From the NCBI GenBank assembly GCA_963745235.1, contig CAVUXE010000028.1:111449-175448 (forward strand): 64,000 bases of DNA, in the 5' to 3' direction. Below the pieces are notes generated by a model. The model was not told the DNA's origin and did no database searches. It saw nothing but the letters and a program-made list of their open reading frames with translations. Position numbers and translations under genes: made by a program. This document shows, in pieces, positions 29,969-39,960 of the stretch; the first letter of the stretch is position 1, and each line of letters opens with the position of its first letter. Source of the DNA: an uncultured Spirochaetota bacterium. GTDB taxonomy: Bacteria > Spirochaetota > Spirochaetia > SZUA-6 > Fen-1364.

Positions 29969-31864
29969 TCACTGCGCGTCTCTCAGTTCCTGGTATTGCG
30001 CAGTCTTTCTCAGCTTGTCGTTCTGCGCGGCGTAGTCATACGCAGTCTTTCCATCATGGGATTTTGATTTCCCATTCGCTCCCGCCTCCAGGAGCACTGA
30101 GATCACTCGGGGAGTCTGGTTGTACCTGGCCGCCATCATCAAGGGTGTCAAGCCGTTCGTGTCCCGGACTTCGATCTTTGCCCCCGCTTTGAGAAGCGCG
30201 GAGATGACGTCTGCGCTCTTGTTGTCGATGGCTGCCACCATCAACGGCGTCCAGCCATTCCTGTCCTGACTTTCGATATCTGCCCCGGCTGTCAGAAGCG
30301 CGGAAATGACGCCGGCGTTGCGGCTATGCATCGCGGCATACATGAGTGGCGTCCAGCCCTTCGCGTCCCGCGCGTCGACCTTTCCCCCCGCTTTGAGGAG
30401 CGCTGTGATGACCTCTGGGTTCTGGTTGTGCCTCGCCGCCACCATGAGCGGCGTCCGGCCGTCTTTGTCAGGTTCGTTGATATTCGCCCCCGCTCTCACG
30501 AGCATCGAGACGACCTCGGGATTCGGATTGGACCTGGCCACTGCCATCAAGGACGTCCTCACCTCCCTGGTGGGCCGGTCCACCTTTGCCCCAGACTGCA
30601 GAAGCGCGGAGATGACCTCGGGATTCGGATTATTCAGGGCCGCGCGGGTCAAAGGTGTCAGGCCCTCCTCGTCCCGGTCATCGACCTTCGCGCCCGCCTG
30701 CAGAAGCACTGTAATGACCTTGGAGTTCAAGGTATCAGAGGCTGCTATCATGAGGGGTGTCAATCCCTCCCCGTTGCGCTGGTCGACCTTTGCACCAGCA
30801 TGGATGAGCGAGCTGACCACGTCTGGATCAGGGTTGTGAGAGACAGCCACTGTCAAGGGCGTCCGGCCTTCCGCGTCCTGCTCGTCCACTTTGGCACCTG
30901 CCTGCAGGAGCGCGGAGATCACGTCCGCGTTCGGGCTGGAATAATCCGCCGCCCATAGCAAGGCCGTCCGGCCCTGTTCATCCCGGTCGTCGACTTTCGC
31001 TCCCGCCTGCAGGAGCGCAGAGACAACCTCGGGGTCCGGGTTATGAGAGACTGCCATCAGGGGCGTTCTGCCCTTTGCGTCCCGCGCCTCGACTGGCGCT
31101 CCCGCCCGCAGCAGTGTCGTGACGACCTTGGGATTATGATTGTGCAGGACCGCCATCATCAGGGGTGTCCAGCCGTCCGGGTCCTGCTCGTCGATCTTCG
31201 CTCCCGCCTGGAGGAGCGCTGAAATGACCTCGGGGTTCGGATTGTTCAGGGCCGCAATCATCAAGGGGGTCCGGCCACCAGGGTCCTGGTCCTCTACTTT
31301 CGCTCCTGCCTCCAGGAGCACGTTGATGACCTGCGGGTCCTCGCTCATGAAGGATGCAGTCATCAAGGGTGTCCAACCGTCGATGTCCCGCTCTTCGACC
31401 ATGGCCCCCGCCTGCAGAAGCGCGCTGATCACCTCGGGGTTCCGGTTGTGCAACACCGCTATCATCAAAGGCGTCCAGCCGTTCTTGTCCCGGTCGTTTA
31501 TGTTGGCGCCCGCTTTCACGAGCGCTGCGACGACCCCTGGATCCTGGTTGTAGGCTGCTGCCAACATCAGGGGGGTCTGGCTGCTCACTTCACGGTCGTC
31601 AATTTTCGCTCCTGCGTTCAAGAGCAGGGAGATGACGTGCGGGTCGCGATTGCTCCTGGCCGCGAGGATGAGGGGGGTCTGGCCATTCTGGTCGCGCTCC
31701 TCGATGTTGACCCCCGCTTGAAGGGCAGTCTTGATTTGTTCCAGCGTTCCGTCTTTCACCAGCTCCAGCAAGCTCAGAGCAGATGAATCCAACGATGCTG
31801 CAAGCAGCCCAAGGACGGCAAAGCTCATGATCAGCTGCCCGGAGCGCCTTCCCACGATCCCCAT
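29969..31864 (-). CDS. Ankyrin-repeat protein with probable signal peptide (~16-17 repeats)
   Basis: Repeated GxTPLMxAA..N.NPEVISALLQAGAKVDxRD units of mostly 35 aa; hydrophobic N-terminus. Confidence 0.93.
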   Translation of the reverse strand: MGIVGRRSGQLIMSFAVLGLLAASLDSSALSLLELVKDGTLEQIKTALQAGVNIEERDQNGQTPLILAARSNRDPHVISLLLNAGAKIDDREVSSQTPLMLAAAYNQDPGVVAALVKAGANINDRDKNGWTPLMIAVLHNRNPEVISALLQAGAMVEERDIDGWTPLMTASFMSEDPQVINVLLEAGAKVEDQDPGGRTPLMIAALNNPNPEVISALLQAGAKIDEQDPDGWTPLMMAVLHNHNPKVVTTLLRAGAPVEARDAKGRTPLMAVSHNPDPEVVSALLQAGAKVDDRDEQGRTALLWAADYSSPNADVISALLQAGAKVDEQDAEGRTPLTVAVSHNPDPDVVSSLIHAGAKVDQRNGEGLTPLMIAASDTLNSKVITVLLQAGAKVDDRDEEGLTPLTRAALNNPNPEVISALLQSGAKVDRPTREVRTSLMAVARSNPNPEVVSMLVRAGANINEPDKDGRTPLMVAARHNQNPEVITALLKAGGKVDARDAKGWTPLMYAAMHSRNAGVISALLTAGADIESQDRNGWTPLMVAAIDNKSADVISALLKAGAKIEVRDTNGLTPLMMAARYNQTPRVISVLLEAGANGKSKSHDGKTAYDYAAQNDKLRKTAQYQELRDAQ

Positions 31865-31964
31865 TCTCCATTTTTCCGGGCTCCTCGTCGATAGGCAATC
31901 TCCCCGTGCCGTCAACGGCCTTCATGGAAACCTTCAGTCAACCGGCCCTGCTTTCAACCCCGGT

Positions 31965-33182
31965 TCAGGAGCGGTTCCTCTTGGATGTAACGTCGATATA
32001 GACCGCCGCGATGATGACAAGGCCGCGGATGATGTACTGCCAGAAGACGTCCATGTTCATGACGCTCATCCCGTTCAACAGGCTGGCGATGATCAGCGAA
32101 CCGACGATGGCGCCGAAAATGGTCCCCTCCCCGCCCATGAGGCTCGTTCCTCCGATGACGCAGGAGGCGATGGCGTCCAGCTCATAGTTGACGCCTCCGC
32201 CGATGGTGCCTGCGGCCACGTAGCCGGTCAGGACGATCCCGGAAACTCCCGTCAAGAGCCCCATGAGGATGAACACCATGAACACGAGGCGGTTGATGTT
32301 GATTCCAGAAAGCCGGGTGGCTTCCTTGTTGCCGCCCAGCGCGTAGGTGTAGCGGCCGAACTTCGTGTTGTTGGCAAGGTACGTGAAGATCACGGCAACC
32401 ACGGCCATGAGGAGAACGGGGTTGGGGATGCCGCGGTAGCTGTTCATTATATAGATGAAAAAAATCACGAGACATGAGATGAGAAGGATCCTCAGCAGGT
32501 CCTGGTACACCGGCACGAGCTTGAATCCGAACTCCTTTCTCTGCTGCCTGCCGCGCAACACAAAGAAAACCACCAGCACCACGACAATAGCGCCCAGAAT
32601 CCACCCCACCATCGCGGGCACGTACCCCTGGGCAATGAGCCGGAAATCATCCTCGTAGATCGTCAGCGTTTTCCCCTGGGTGACGGCAAGCACTCCTCCC
32701 CGAAAGATCAACTGCCCTCCGAGGGTCACGATGAAGGCGGGGACTCCGAGGTAGGCAATGATCGTGCCCTGCCAGACTCCGACGATCAGGCCGACAAGAA
32801 GGGCAGACACGATTGCGATGATCGTATTGAGAACGCCCAGAGGTCCCGCCGCCATGGCGGGAAAAATGCCGTGCAGGATGGCCGGCATGGTATTCAACTG
32901 CAGGTAAGCGGTCACCGCGCTCACCAGCCCGGTCGAGGAGCCGACGGACAGGTCGATGTTCCCCGTAATGATGACCAGCACCATGCCGATCGCCAGGAAT
33001 GACACGATCGTGGTCTGGCGGAAAAGGTTCGAAAGGTTCCGCGGTTCGAAGAAAACCCAGTGGGTGAGGCTGCCAAAGAGAAGCCAGATCAGCGCAAGCG
33101 CGATGATCATGGTGTACGTCCGAATGTTCGTTCGGATACCGCGCGTGATGGTCGCCACCGAAGTCGTCTTGGTTGCCAGCAT
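31965..33182 (-). CDS. xylH: Monosaccharide ABC permease, XylH/GguB type
   Basis: GNIDLSVGS, PAFIVTLGG, GGNKEATRLSGIN, YELDAIASCVIGGTS. Confidence 0.85.
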   Translation of the reverse strand: MLATKTTSVATITRGIRTNIRTYTMIIALALIWLLFGSLTHWVFFEPRNLSNLFRQTTIVSFLAIGMVLVIITGNIDLSVGSSTGLVSAVTAYLQLNTMPAILHGIFPAMAAGPLGVLNTIIAIVSALLVGLIVGVWQGTIIAYLGVPAFIVTLGGQLIFRGGVLAVTQGKTLTIYEDDFRLIAQGYVPAMVGWILGAIVVVLVVFFVLRGRQQRKEFGFKLVPVYQDLLRILLISCLVIFFIYIMNSYRGIPNPVLLMAVVAVIFTYLANNTKFGRYTYALGGNKEATRLSGININRLVFMVFILMGLLTGVSGIVLTGYVAAGTIGGGVNYELDAIASCVIGGTSLMGGEGTIFGAIVGSLIIASLLNGMSVMNMDVFWQYIIRGLVIIAAVYIDVTSKRNRS

Positions 33183-34737
33183 TACCTCACCTCACTCGTT
33201 GCGCCTGCCAGACCTGTCGCCATGGCCATGAGCTTTTCCTGCGTCGCATCGCGCCGGTCGATGATTCCGGCGTTTTCCCCCTCGTGCATGACGAGGATCC
33301 GGTCGCTCATGCCCAGGATCTCGGGAAGCTCGGAGGACACGAGGATGATGGCGACCCCTTCCTCCGCAAGCTTGTTCATGAGCTTGTAGATCTCGTACTT
33401 CGCCCCGACGTCGATCCCCCGGGTCGGTTCGTCCAGGATGAGAACCTTCGGTTCGGACATCAGCCATTTCGCAATGACGACTTTCTGCTGGTTTCCGCCG
33501 CTCAGGCTGTTGACGAGGGCCTGCAACGTCGGCGTCTTGATGGCAAGATACGTCGCCATGGATTCGCACGCTTTGAGCTCCGCGTTCCTGTTGATGGAGA
33601 GGAACCCTGAGAATCGCTCCAGGTTCGGAAGCGACATGTTCTTGAGGATGGATTGATCGACGACGAGCCCCATGCGCTTGCGATCCTCCGGAACGAGGCT
33701 GATCCCGTTGTTCATGGCGTCGCGCGCGGAATCTATCTCCACGGGAGCACTGTCGAGAGTGACCTCTCCGCTGCGGTTCTGGCCGTATTCGCCGAAAATC
33801 GTCGTGACCAGCTCGCTGCGGCCCGAGCCCATGAGGCCGGCAATACCGAGGATCTCCCCCTTGCGCACGGAAAAGGAGACGTTCTTCACAACTTTCTTTC
33901 CCGCCTGATACGGGCTGTCCACGGACAGGTCTTTGACTTCGAGGACGACTTCCCCGGGGGACCGCGTCGCCGGTGGGGAATCGTTCCCGCATCTCCCGCC
34001 CGACCATCATCGAGATGATCTTTTCGTAGGTTGCATCTTTGGTGGCCAGGGTCCCGACGACACCCGCCGTCTCGAAGAACCGTGATGGTGTCCGTGATGC
34101 GGAAGAACTCCTCGACCTTGTGCGAGATGTAGATGCAGGTGACGCCGCGTTGCTTGAGATGGGCAAGGATGCCCATGAGGATATCGACTTCGGCCTCCGT
34201 GAGGGCGGAGGTGGGCTCGTCCAGGATCAGCACCCGCGCGTTCTCCGAAAGGGCCTTGGCGATTTCCACGATCTGCTGCTGGCCGACGCCCAGGTTGGTC
34301 ACGACGGAGGACGGGACAATGCGAAGGTTGTATTCATCGAGAACCTTTTGGGTCTCATGGTAGAGCCTGTTCCAGTTGATCACCCCGCTTGCTCCCGGTT
34401 CGCGGCCCAGGAAGATGTTCTGCCCCACGGTCATGAGCGGTATCAATGCGAGCTCCTGATAAACGATCGCTATTCCCTTTTCAATGGCCTGTCGTATCGA
34501 ATCCTTCCCGAAGCGCAGCTCCTCCCCGTTGTAGACGATGCGCCCCTCATAGGAGTCGAAGGGATACACGCCCGCGAGGATCTTCATCAGCGTGGATTTT
34601 CCCGCGCCGTTTTCCCCGCAGATCCCGTGGATCGTTCCTCGCTTCACGGAAAAAGAGACGTCGCTCAGAGCGACCACGCCGGGGAACTCCTTGGTCACCT
34701 GTTGAATGTCAAGGATGATGTCATTCATCTCGCTCAT
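33182..34737 (-). CDS. xylG: Monosaccharide ABC ATPase, XylG/GguA type (tandem NBD), frameshifts ~34065 and ~33955
   Basis: GENGAGKSTLMK, LDEPTSAL, YISHK; second NBD GLMGSGRSE, LSGGNQQK, LDEPTRGIDVGAK. Confidence 0.87.
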
Positions 34738-34850
34738 GCTGGCCATGCCCCTCGATACCGGGAAGCGAGGGTGCATGCCCTCGCTTCCCTCCTTGGTGAA
34801 GATGCAATTCCGAGCGCAAGCGGCTGCTCCGCGCTCGTCAGCGCGGTGAA

Positions 34851-35934
34851 CTACGGTCTCGGCCGGCTTCTCGAGTCCGGGACGTCCCGATACACGTCGT
34901 CATAGCTCTGGAAACCGCTCTTGACGATCTGATCGTAGACATTGGACTTGTCCACCTGGACGACCGGGAGGAACTTGCAGGGCACCTGGCCCATCTGCTT
35001 CTTGTCCAACGTGAGGTCGGCAAGGTTGTACATCTTCAGCCCTTCGATCTGCTGTCCCTTTGCAAGCTTGATGGCCATGTCGATGGCCATCGGCGAGAGC
35101 AGGCGGACGTCCTTGTAGACGGTGACGGTCTGCTCGCCCTGCACGATGGAGTTGCAGCCGGCGGCAGTGGCGTCCTGACCCGAAATCGGCACCTTGCCGG
35201 CCAACCCCTGGGCCTTCATGGCCTGGAGCGCGCCGCAGCGCGGTCCCATCGTTGGAGGCGACAACGGCATCGATCTTGTTGTGCTGCGCCGTGAGGACGT
35301 TCTCCATGATCTTGGTTGCCGTCGGGGGATCCCAGTTGTCTACCCACTGGTCAGCGACGATCTTGATCTTGCCGCTGTCGATGAGCGGCTTCAGGACCTC
35401 CATCTGGCCGTTGCGGACGAGGACGGCGTTGTTGTCCGTCGGGCTTCCGCCGAGGAGCATGAAGTTGCCGTGGTCCACGACCTTGATGACTCCGCGGGCC
35501 TCGGCGCGTCCGACCTCGGTGTTGTCGAACGAGATGTAGGCGGAGATGTTCGTCGACTTGATGAGCCGGTCGTAGGCGATGCACTTCACCCCGGCCTTTA
35601 CCGCCTCATCCACCGCCGTGGCTGCCGCCGCGCCGTCTTCTGCAATGATGATGATGACGTTCACGCCCTGCAGCGCCATGTTCTCGATCTGGTCGTTCTG
35701 CAGCTTCGCGTCATGGTTGGCAACCTGCGAGACAACTTGCGCGCCCTGGGCTGCGGCCAGCTTTGTCATGAGGGCCTGTTCGACCGGCCAGCGCTCGGTC
35801 GCGAAGTCAGAGAAGGAGAGGCCGATCTTGATGGCCCCACCCTTGGCGGGAGCCTTCTGCTCGCCCGTTCCAGACGCAAAGATCATGCCGCCCAGGAACA
35901 GGACGGTGAGCAGTACGAGATACGCTTTCCTCAT
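34851..35934 (-). CDS. xylF: Monosaccharide-binding protein, XylF/ChvE type, frameshift ~35237
   Basis: ATG at 35934 after AGGAGG; ATERW, AYDRLI, ISFDN, GGSPTDNNA, NDGTA, ISGQDA, QTVTVYKD. Confidence 0.85.
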
Positions 35935-35968
35935 AAGGAAACCTCCTTGAATTGAGCTACCCATCGAA

Positions 35969-35985
35969 TGCAATTCATGTGCCAA
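35969..35985 (-). promoter_or_regulatory. Sigma-54 (-24/-12) promoter of the xylFGH-like operon
   Basis: Minus strand reads TTGGCAC-ATGAA-TTGCA, matching the RpoN consensus, about 35 nt upstream of the xylF ATG. Confidence 0.88.
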
Positions 35986-36076
35986 GTGTCTTCCCTGAAT
36001 CGGTTGTACTAATTTGTTCCTGGAGAAGCAATTAAGGGAAGCGTTCCGGGTGGCAGCCGCGCGGCGGCGGGGGCAC

Positions 36077-36094
36077 TGAGTAGACCCTTACCCA
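36077..36094. promoter_or_regulatory. Putative enhancer (UAS) for the NtrC-type activator
   Basis: Imperfect palindrome TGAGTA-GACCCT-TACCCA ~90-110 nt upstream of the -24 box; extra TACTCA half-site at 36114. Confidence 0.45.
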
Positions 36095-36174
36095 TCACGG
36101 CTTTCTCATATTGTACTCATTTCCTCACGGGCATAGGACATTTGACCGCTTGTGCGGCAGTTTATCATGACGCT

Positions 36175-37491
36175 ATGAGCTTTACGATTCTCATCGTCGA
36201 TGACGAACGGGAGGTATGTCTCTCCCTTGGCGAAGTGCTCCGGTCCAAAGGCTACATGACCTTGCATGAGGATGAACCGCTCAAGGTGCTCTCTCTTCTG
36301 GAGCGAGAGAAGGTTGACGTGATACTCATGGACGTCCGCATGCCGGCGCTGGGCGGCATAGATCTCCTCAAGACAATCAGAAAGACGCGGCCCCTTGTCC
36401 CCGTCATCATGATTTCCGGGTACGCCTCCGTGGAGAGCACGGTGAAGGCAATGAAGTATGGCGCTTTGAACTATTTCGCAAAGCCCGTGCAGCTGCCGGA
36501 GCTGCTGCGGGAAATCCGCCACGTGGAGAGCTCCGTACGCATCAAGAGGCCCATTCCTGATGCGCAGACCATCGTCACCCAGAATTGGAGAATGGACGAG
36601 GTCCTCCGCCTGACGGAAAAAGCGGCTCCCACCGAGGCATCCGTGATAGTCCTTGGTGAGAGCGGCACGGGCAAGGAGCTGGTCGCAGATCTCCTTCATC
36701 ACGCGAGCAAGCGCAAGCACAAGTCGTTGATCAAGGTCAATTGCGCAGCCATTCCCGACAACCTGCTGGAGAATGAGATGTTCGGGCATGAGAAAGGGGC
36801 CTTCACCGATGCGCAGAGCCAGCAGAAGGGAAAGATCGAGCTGGCGGATGGAGGCACGATCTTCTTCGACGAGATCGGTGACATGAGCCTGCAGACACAG
36901 GCCAAGATGCTTCGCGTGGTGCAGCAAAAGCATTTCACCCGGCTGGGGGGTTCGGTCCCCATCAGCGTGGATTTCCGCATCATAGCGGCGACGAACAAGA
37001 ACATCGAAGAAATGATCGCCCAGGGAAACTTCCGCGAGGATCTCTACTATCGGCTCTCCGTCATCACGCTGAAGTTGCCTGCCCTTCGCGACCGAAAGGA
37101 GGACATCCTTCCCCTTGCCCTCCATTTCGCGAGGGAGTTCAACCAGGCCTACGGGAAGAGAGTGCTTGGCATCTCGGAGAGCGTGAGCGGGATGCTCGGG
37201 GAGCACACCTGGCCGGGCAACGTGCGCGAGCTGAAGAACATCATGGAGCGGGCAGTGATTTTCTGCGAAACCGAGCTGATCGAGCCCCGGGATCTTCCTG
37301 AGCAGTACCGCACCGTCAATCGACGCGCTGACGGCTTCGAGGCCATTCGGGAGTTCTCCTCGGAGAAGGCACGCTCCGTGATCCGCGAGGCGCTGCTGCA
37401 GACGAACGGCATCAAGGGGGAGGCGGCGCGACTCCTGAAAATCACCCGCAAGACCCTCTACAACAGGATGAAGCGACTGAACCTGACATGA
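36175..37491 (+). CDS. NtrC-family sigma-54-dependent response regulator (REC-AAA+-Fis HTH)
   Basis: ILIVDDE, LMDVRMP, GESGTGKE, NEMFGHEKGAFTDA, FFDEIG, FREDLYYRL, WPGNVREL, RKTLYNRM. Confidence 0.95.
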   Translation: MSFTILIVDDEREVCLSLGEVLRSKGYMTLHEDEPLKVLSLLEREKVDVILMDVRMPALGGIDLLKTIRKTRPLVPVIMISGYASVESTVKAMKYGALNYFAKPVQLPELLREIRHVESSVRIKRPIPDAQTIVTQNWRMDEVLRLTEKAAPTEASVIVLGESGTGKELVADLLHHASKRKHKSLIKVNCAAIPDNLLENEMFGHEKGAFTDAQSQQKGKIELADGGTIFFDEIGDMSLQTQAKMLRVVQQKHFTRLGGSVPISVDFRIIAATNKNIEEMIAQGNFREDLYYRLSVITLKLPALRDRKEDILPLALHFAREFNQAYGKRVLGISESVSGMLGEHTWPGNVRELKNIMERAVIFCETELIEPRDLPEQYRTVNRRADGFEAIREFSSEKARSVIREALLQTNGIKGEAARLLKITRKTLYNRMKRLNLT

Positions 37492-39329
37492 GCACATATC
37501 CTGCGCCGCCTTTGCTCGCTCCCTGTCACCAGTGCCTCCTGCGGATGCGCAATATCCACGTCTCATACAACGGCGTGCCGGCCTTGAAAGGGGTGGATTT
37601 CGACCTGTACGAGGGGGAGATCCACGCGCTGGTGGGCGAGCACCGCGCGGGCAAGTCATCCCTGGTCAAGCTGATGAGCGGCGCGGTCCAGAAGAGCCAG
37701 GGAGAGATCATCTACCGGGGGACGGAGGTGAAATCCTTTTCCCCGGAGAGCGCGATCCGCGCGGGCGTGGGGATGGTCTATCAGAATCTCAATGTGCTTC
37801 CGAGCCTCAACGCCATAGAGAACATCTTCGCCGGGCAGATGGTTCATCGCAGATTCCTGAGGCTCGACTACCGGCGCATGTTCGTGACCGGCCGAGAGCT
37901 CTTCAAACGAATGAACCTGGAGATCGACCTGGAGACGCCGCTGCGCCGCCTGTCGCAGGCACAGCAGCTCATGGTCGAGTTCGCCCGGATGCTCTTTCTG
38001 AATCCGCAACTCTTGATTCTCGACGAGCTTGCCAACAAGCTCACGCCGGAAGAGATGGGAACCATCTACGAAATCATGTTCGACTTCCGCAAGCAGGGGA
38101 AGAGCATCATCTACATAACCCACGACATAGAGGAGACGCTCAAGGTCGCTGACCGCGTGACCATCCTGAAGGACGGCTACCGCCGGGGGACGGAGCGCGC
38201 GGCGGATCTGGATCGCTTCCGCCTCTACGCGCTCACCTACTCCTTCGCGCTGGGCAAGAAGGAGATCGAAGCCAACCGCATGCAGTTCTACATGTTGAAG
38301 CGATACAGCGAAGACTTCATCCGCCACCTCTCCGCCGGCCTCGTCATCCTGGACGCAGCCGACGCCGTGCAGCTTGCCAACTTCGCGGGGATCGAGATCA
38401 TGCAGCCCGGTCCCGAGCAGCTGGCCACGCATTCCATCCAGGAGCTGCTCGCCGCGCTGCGCTTCCCCAACGCCGGTGAGATCCGCGAAAGGGTCGCCGC
38501 GAGGGAGGAGTATGTGTGGGAGGAGATCCGCATCGACGAAGACACACTGGTTCGCGTCGACGTCTTCCCGCTCCGTGATGACGAAAGCTCTTTCATCGGG
38601 ACCGCGGTTCTGATCCATGACGTCTCGATAGATCGCTACATGAAGGACTACATCATCAGGGCCGAGAAGATGGCAACGGTGGCTGAGGTGGCCGCGGGGG
38701 TGGCCCACGAGATCAACAATCCTCTCTTCATCATCCGCAACTACGTGGAGCTTCTGAAGGACAAGAGGCTCGATCCCGATGGGAAGGAGAAGCTGCGGAA
38801 GATCCAGAAGGAGCTCGGCCGGATCTGCGAGATCACCGAGAGTCTTCTCTCATTCTCCAAGGTCAAGGAGCTGCCGGAAAGTCGGACGAACCTGGTTGAG
38901 GTTGTCGACGATGCGATACTCCTCCTGCAGCACAATGTCTCCAAGAAGAACATCCGCCTTGACAAGGATCTGTGCGAGCAGCGCGTGGAAATCGTGGGCG
39001 ACGAAAACCGCCTGAAACAGCTTTTCCTGAACCTGCTTCTCAACAGCATCGACGCCGTGCTTGATGGCGGCACTGTACGGGTCAGGGTGGCCGCCAGCAG
39101 GGAGGACCGTTTCGCGGAAGTGACGGTCTCCGACAATGGGTACGGTATCCCCGCCGAAATTCAGGGCAAGATCTTCGATCCCTTCTTCAGCACGAAGGTA
39201 AACAAGAAGAACGTGGGCCTGGGTCTGTCGATTTGTCAGCACATCGCCGAGGCGCATGAGGGGATCATCACCTTCACGAGCGTGCCCGGAGAGCTCACCG
39301 AGTTCAAGGTGAAGCTGCCGCTCCGATAA
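37488..39329 (+). CDS. Fusion of sugar-ABC ATPase-like domain, PAS-like domain and histidine kinase
   Basis: One 613 aa ORF: ALKGVDFDL.EGEIHALVGEHRAGKSS, MVYQ, LSQAQQ, LILDE, YITHD; then AGVAHEINNPL, QLFLNLLLNSIDA, DNGYG, FDPFFSTK, GLGLSI. Confidence 0.92.
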   Translation: MSTYPAPPLLAPCHQCLLRMRNIHVSYNGVPALKGVDFDLYEGEIHALVGEHRAGKSSLVKLMSGAVQKSQGEIIYRGTEVKSFSPESAIRAGVGMVYQNLNVLPSLNAIENIFAGQMVHRRFLRLDYRRMFVTGRELFKRMNLEIDLETPLRRLSQAQQLMVEFARMLFLNPQLLILDELANKLTPEEMGTIYEIMFDFRKQGKSIIYITHDIEETLKVADRVTILKDGYRRGTERAADLDRFRLYALTYSFALGKKEIEANRMQFYMLKRYSEDFIRHLSAGLVILDAADAVQLANFAGIEIMQPGPEQLATHSIQELLAALRFPNAGEIRERVAAREEYVWEEIRIDEDTLVRVDVFPLRDDESSFIGTAVLIHDVSIDRYMKDYIIRAEKMATVAEVAAGVAHEINNPLFIIRNYVELLKDKRLDPDGKEKLRKIQKELGRICEITESLLSFSKVKELPESRTNLVEVVDDAILLLQHNVSKKNIRLDKDLCEQRVEIVGDENRLKQLFLNLLLNSIDAVLDGGTVRVRVAASREDRFAEVTVSDNGYGIPAEIQGKIFDPFFSTKVNKKNVGLGLSICQHIAEAHEGIITFTSVPGELTEFKVKLPLR

Positions 39330-39403
39330 CGGGTCTCCTGCTTGACCGCGGAGGACCTCCTCTGTAGCTTCGACTGTGCTGATTCTCAAACCAAGGAGGG
39401 AAC

Positions 39404-39676
39404 ATGAAGCGAAGGGTTTTGAGGAATCTTGTCATTGGCGCAATCATAGTGGGACTGCTTTCAGTCACCGTCTCGGTCTTCAGCCAGCAGGTGAGCGGCG
39501 AGCGCCATCCAAACCTCGCGGCGGCGCAGCAGTTCATTCAGGACGCCATAGGCAAGCTGACGGAGGCCCAGAAAGCAAATAAGTACGACATGAAAGGGCA
39601 CGCCGCAAAGGCAAAGCAGCTTCTCGATGAGGCGTATCATGAAATCTGGCTGGCGGCGCAAGCGGCAAACAAGTAG
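39404..39676 (+). CDS. Small secreted helical protein (HPNL...GHA motif)
   Basis: AAGGAGG RBS, signal peptide, HPNLAAAQQFIQDAIGKLTEAQKANKYDMKGHAAKA. Confidence 0.85.
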   Translation: MKRRVLRNLVIGAIIVGLLSVTVSVFSQQVSGERHPNLAAAQQFIQDAIGKLTEAQKANKYDMKGHAAKAKQLLDEAYHEIWLAAQAANK

Positions 39677-39691
39677 CTGAGGCGTGGAATC

Positions 39692-39943
39692 ATGAAGCTG
39701 TCATCTTTCATCCGGCTGACTATCAGCTGTATGCTGGCGGGCGTCCTGCTCAGCTGCGCTACTGTTGGACACCCGAATCTTGCAGATGCTGAGCGGTTTG
39801 TTCAGCAGGCAATTGACAAGGTCTCCGACGCCCAGAAGGCAAACAACTTCGACATGAGAGGCCATGCCGCCAGGGCCAGGCAACTCATGCAACAGGCTAT
39901 CGAAGAGATCAGACTTGCCGGACAAGCCGCAAGCGGCTACTAG
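39692..39943 (+). CDS. Small lipoprotein paralogue (HPNL...GHA motif)
   Basis: Lipobox LLSC; HPNLADAERFVQQAIDKVSDAQKANNFDMRGHAARA aligns with the upstream ORF. Confidence 0.85.
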   Translation: MKLSSFIRLTISCMLAGVLLSCATVGHPNLADAERFVQQAIDKVSDAQKANNFDMRGHAARARQLMQQAIEEIRLAGQAASGY

Positions 39944-39960
39944 TGGATTGCAGCGTTGAC

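Noticed and set aside
29969-31700. ~105-bp periodicity as a possible CRISPR array
   Set aside because: Degenerate in-frame ankyrin coding repeats; no constant repeat with unique spacers and no cas genes.
33182-35934. xylF and xylG as pseudogenes or programmed frameshifts
   Set aside because: All motifs are intact; breaks match the window-wide indel pattern and show no slippery heptamers.
36106-37659. 517 aa minus-strand ORF
   Set aside because: Antisense shadow of the NtrC-type gene, common in GC-rich DNA.
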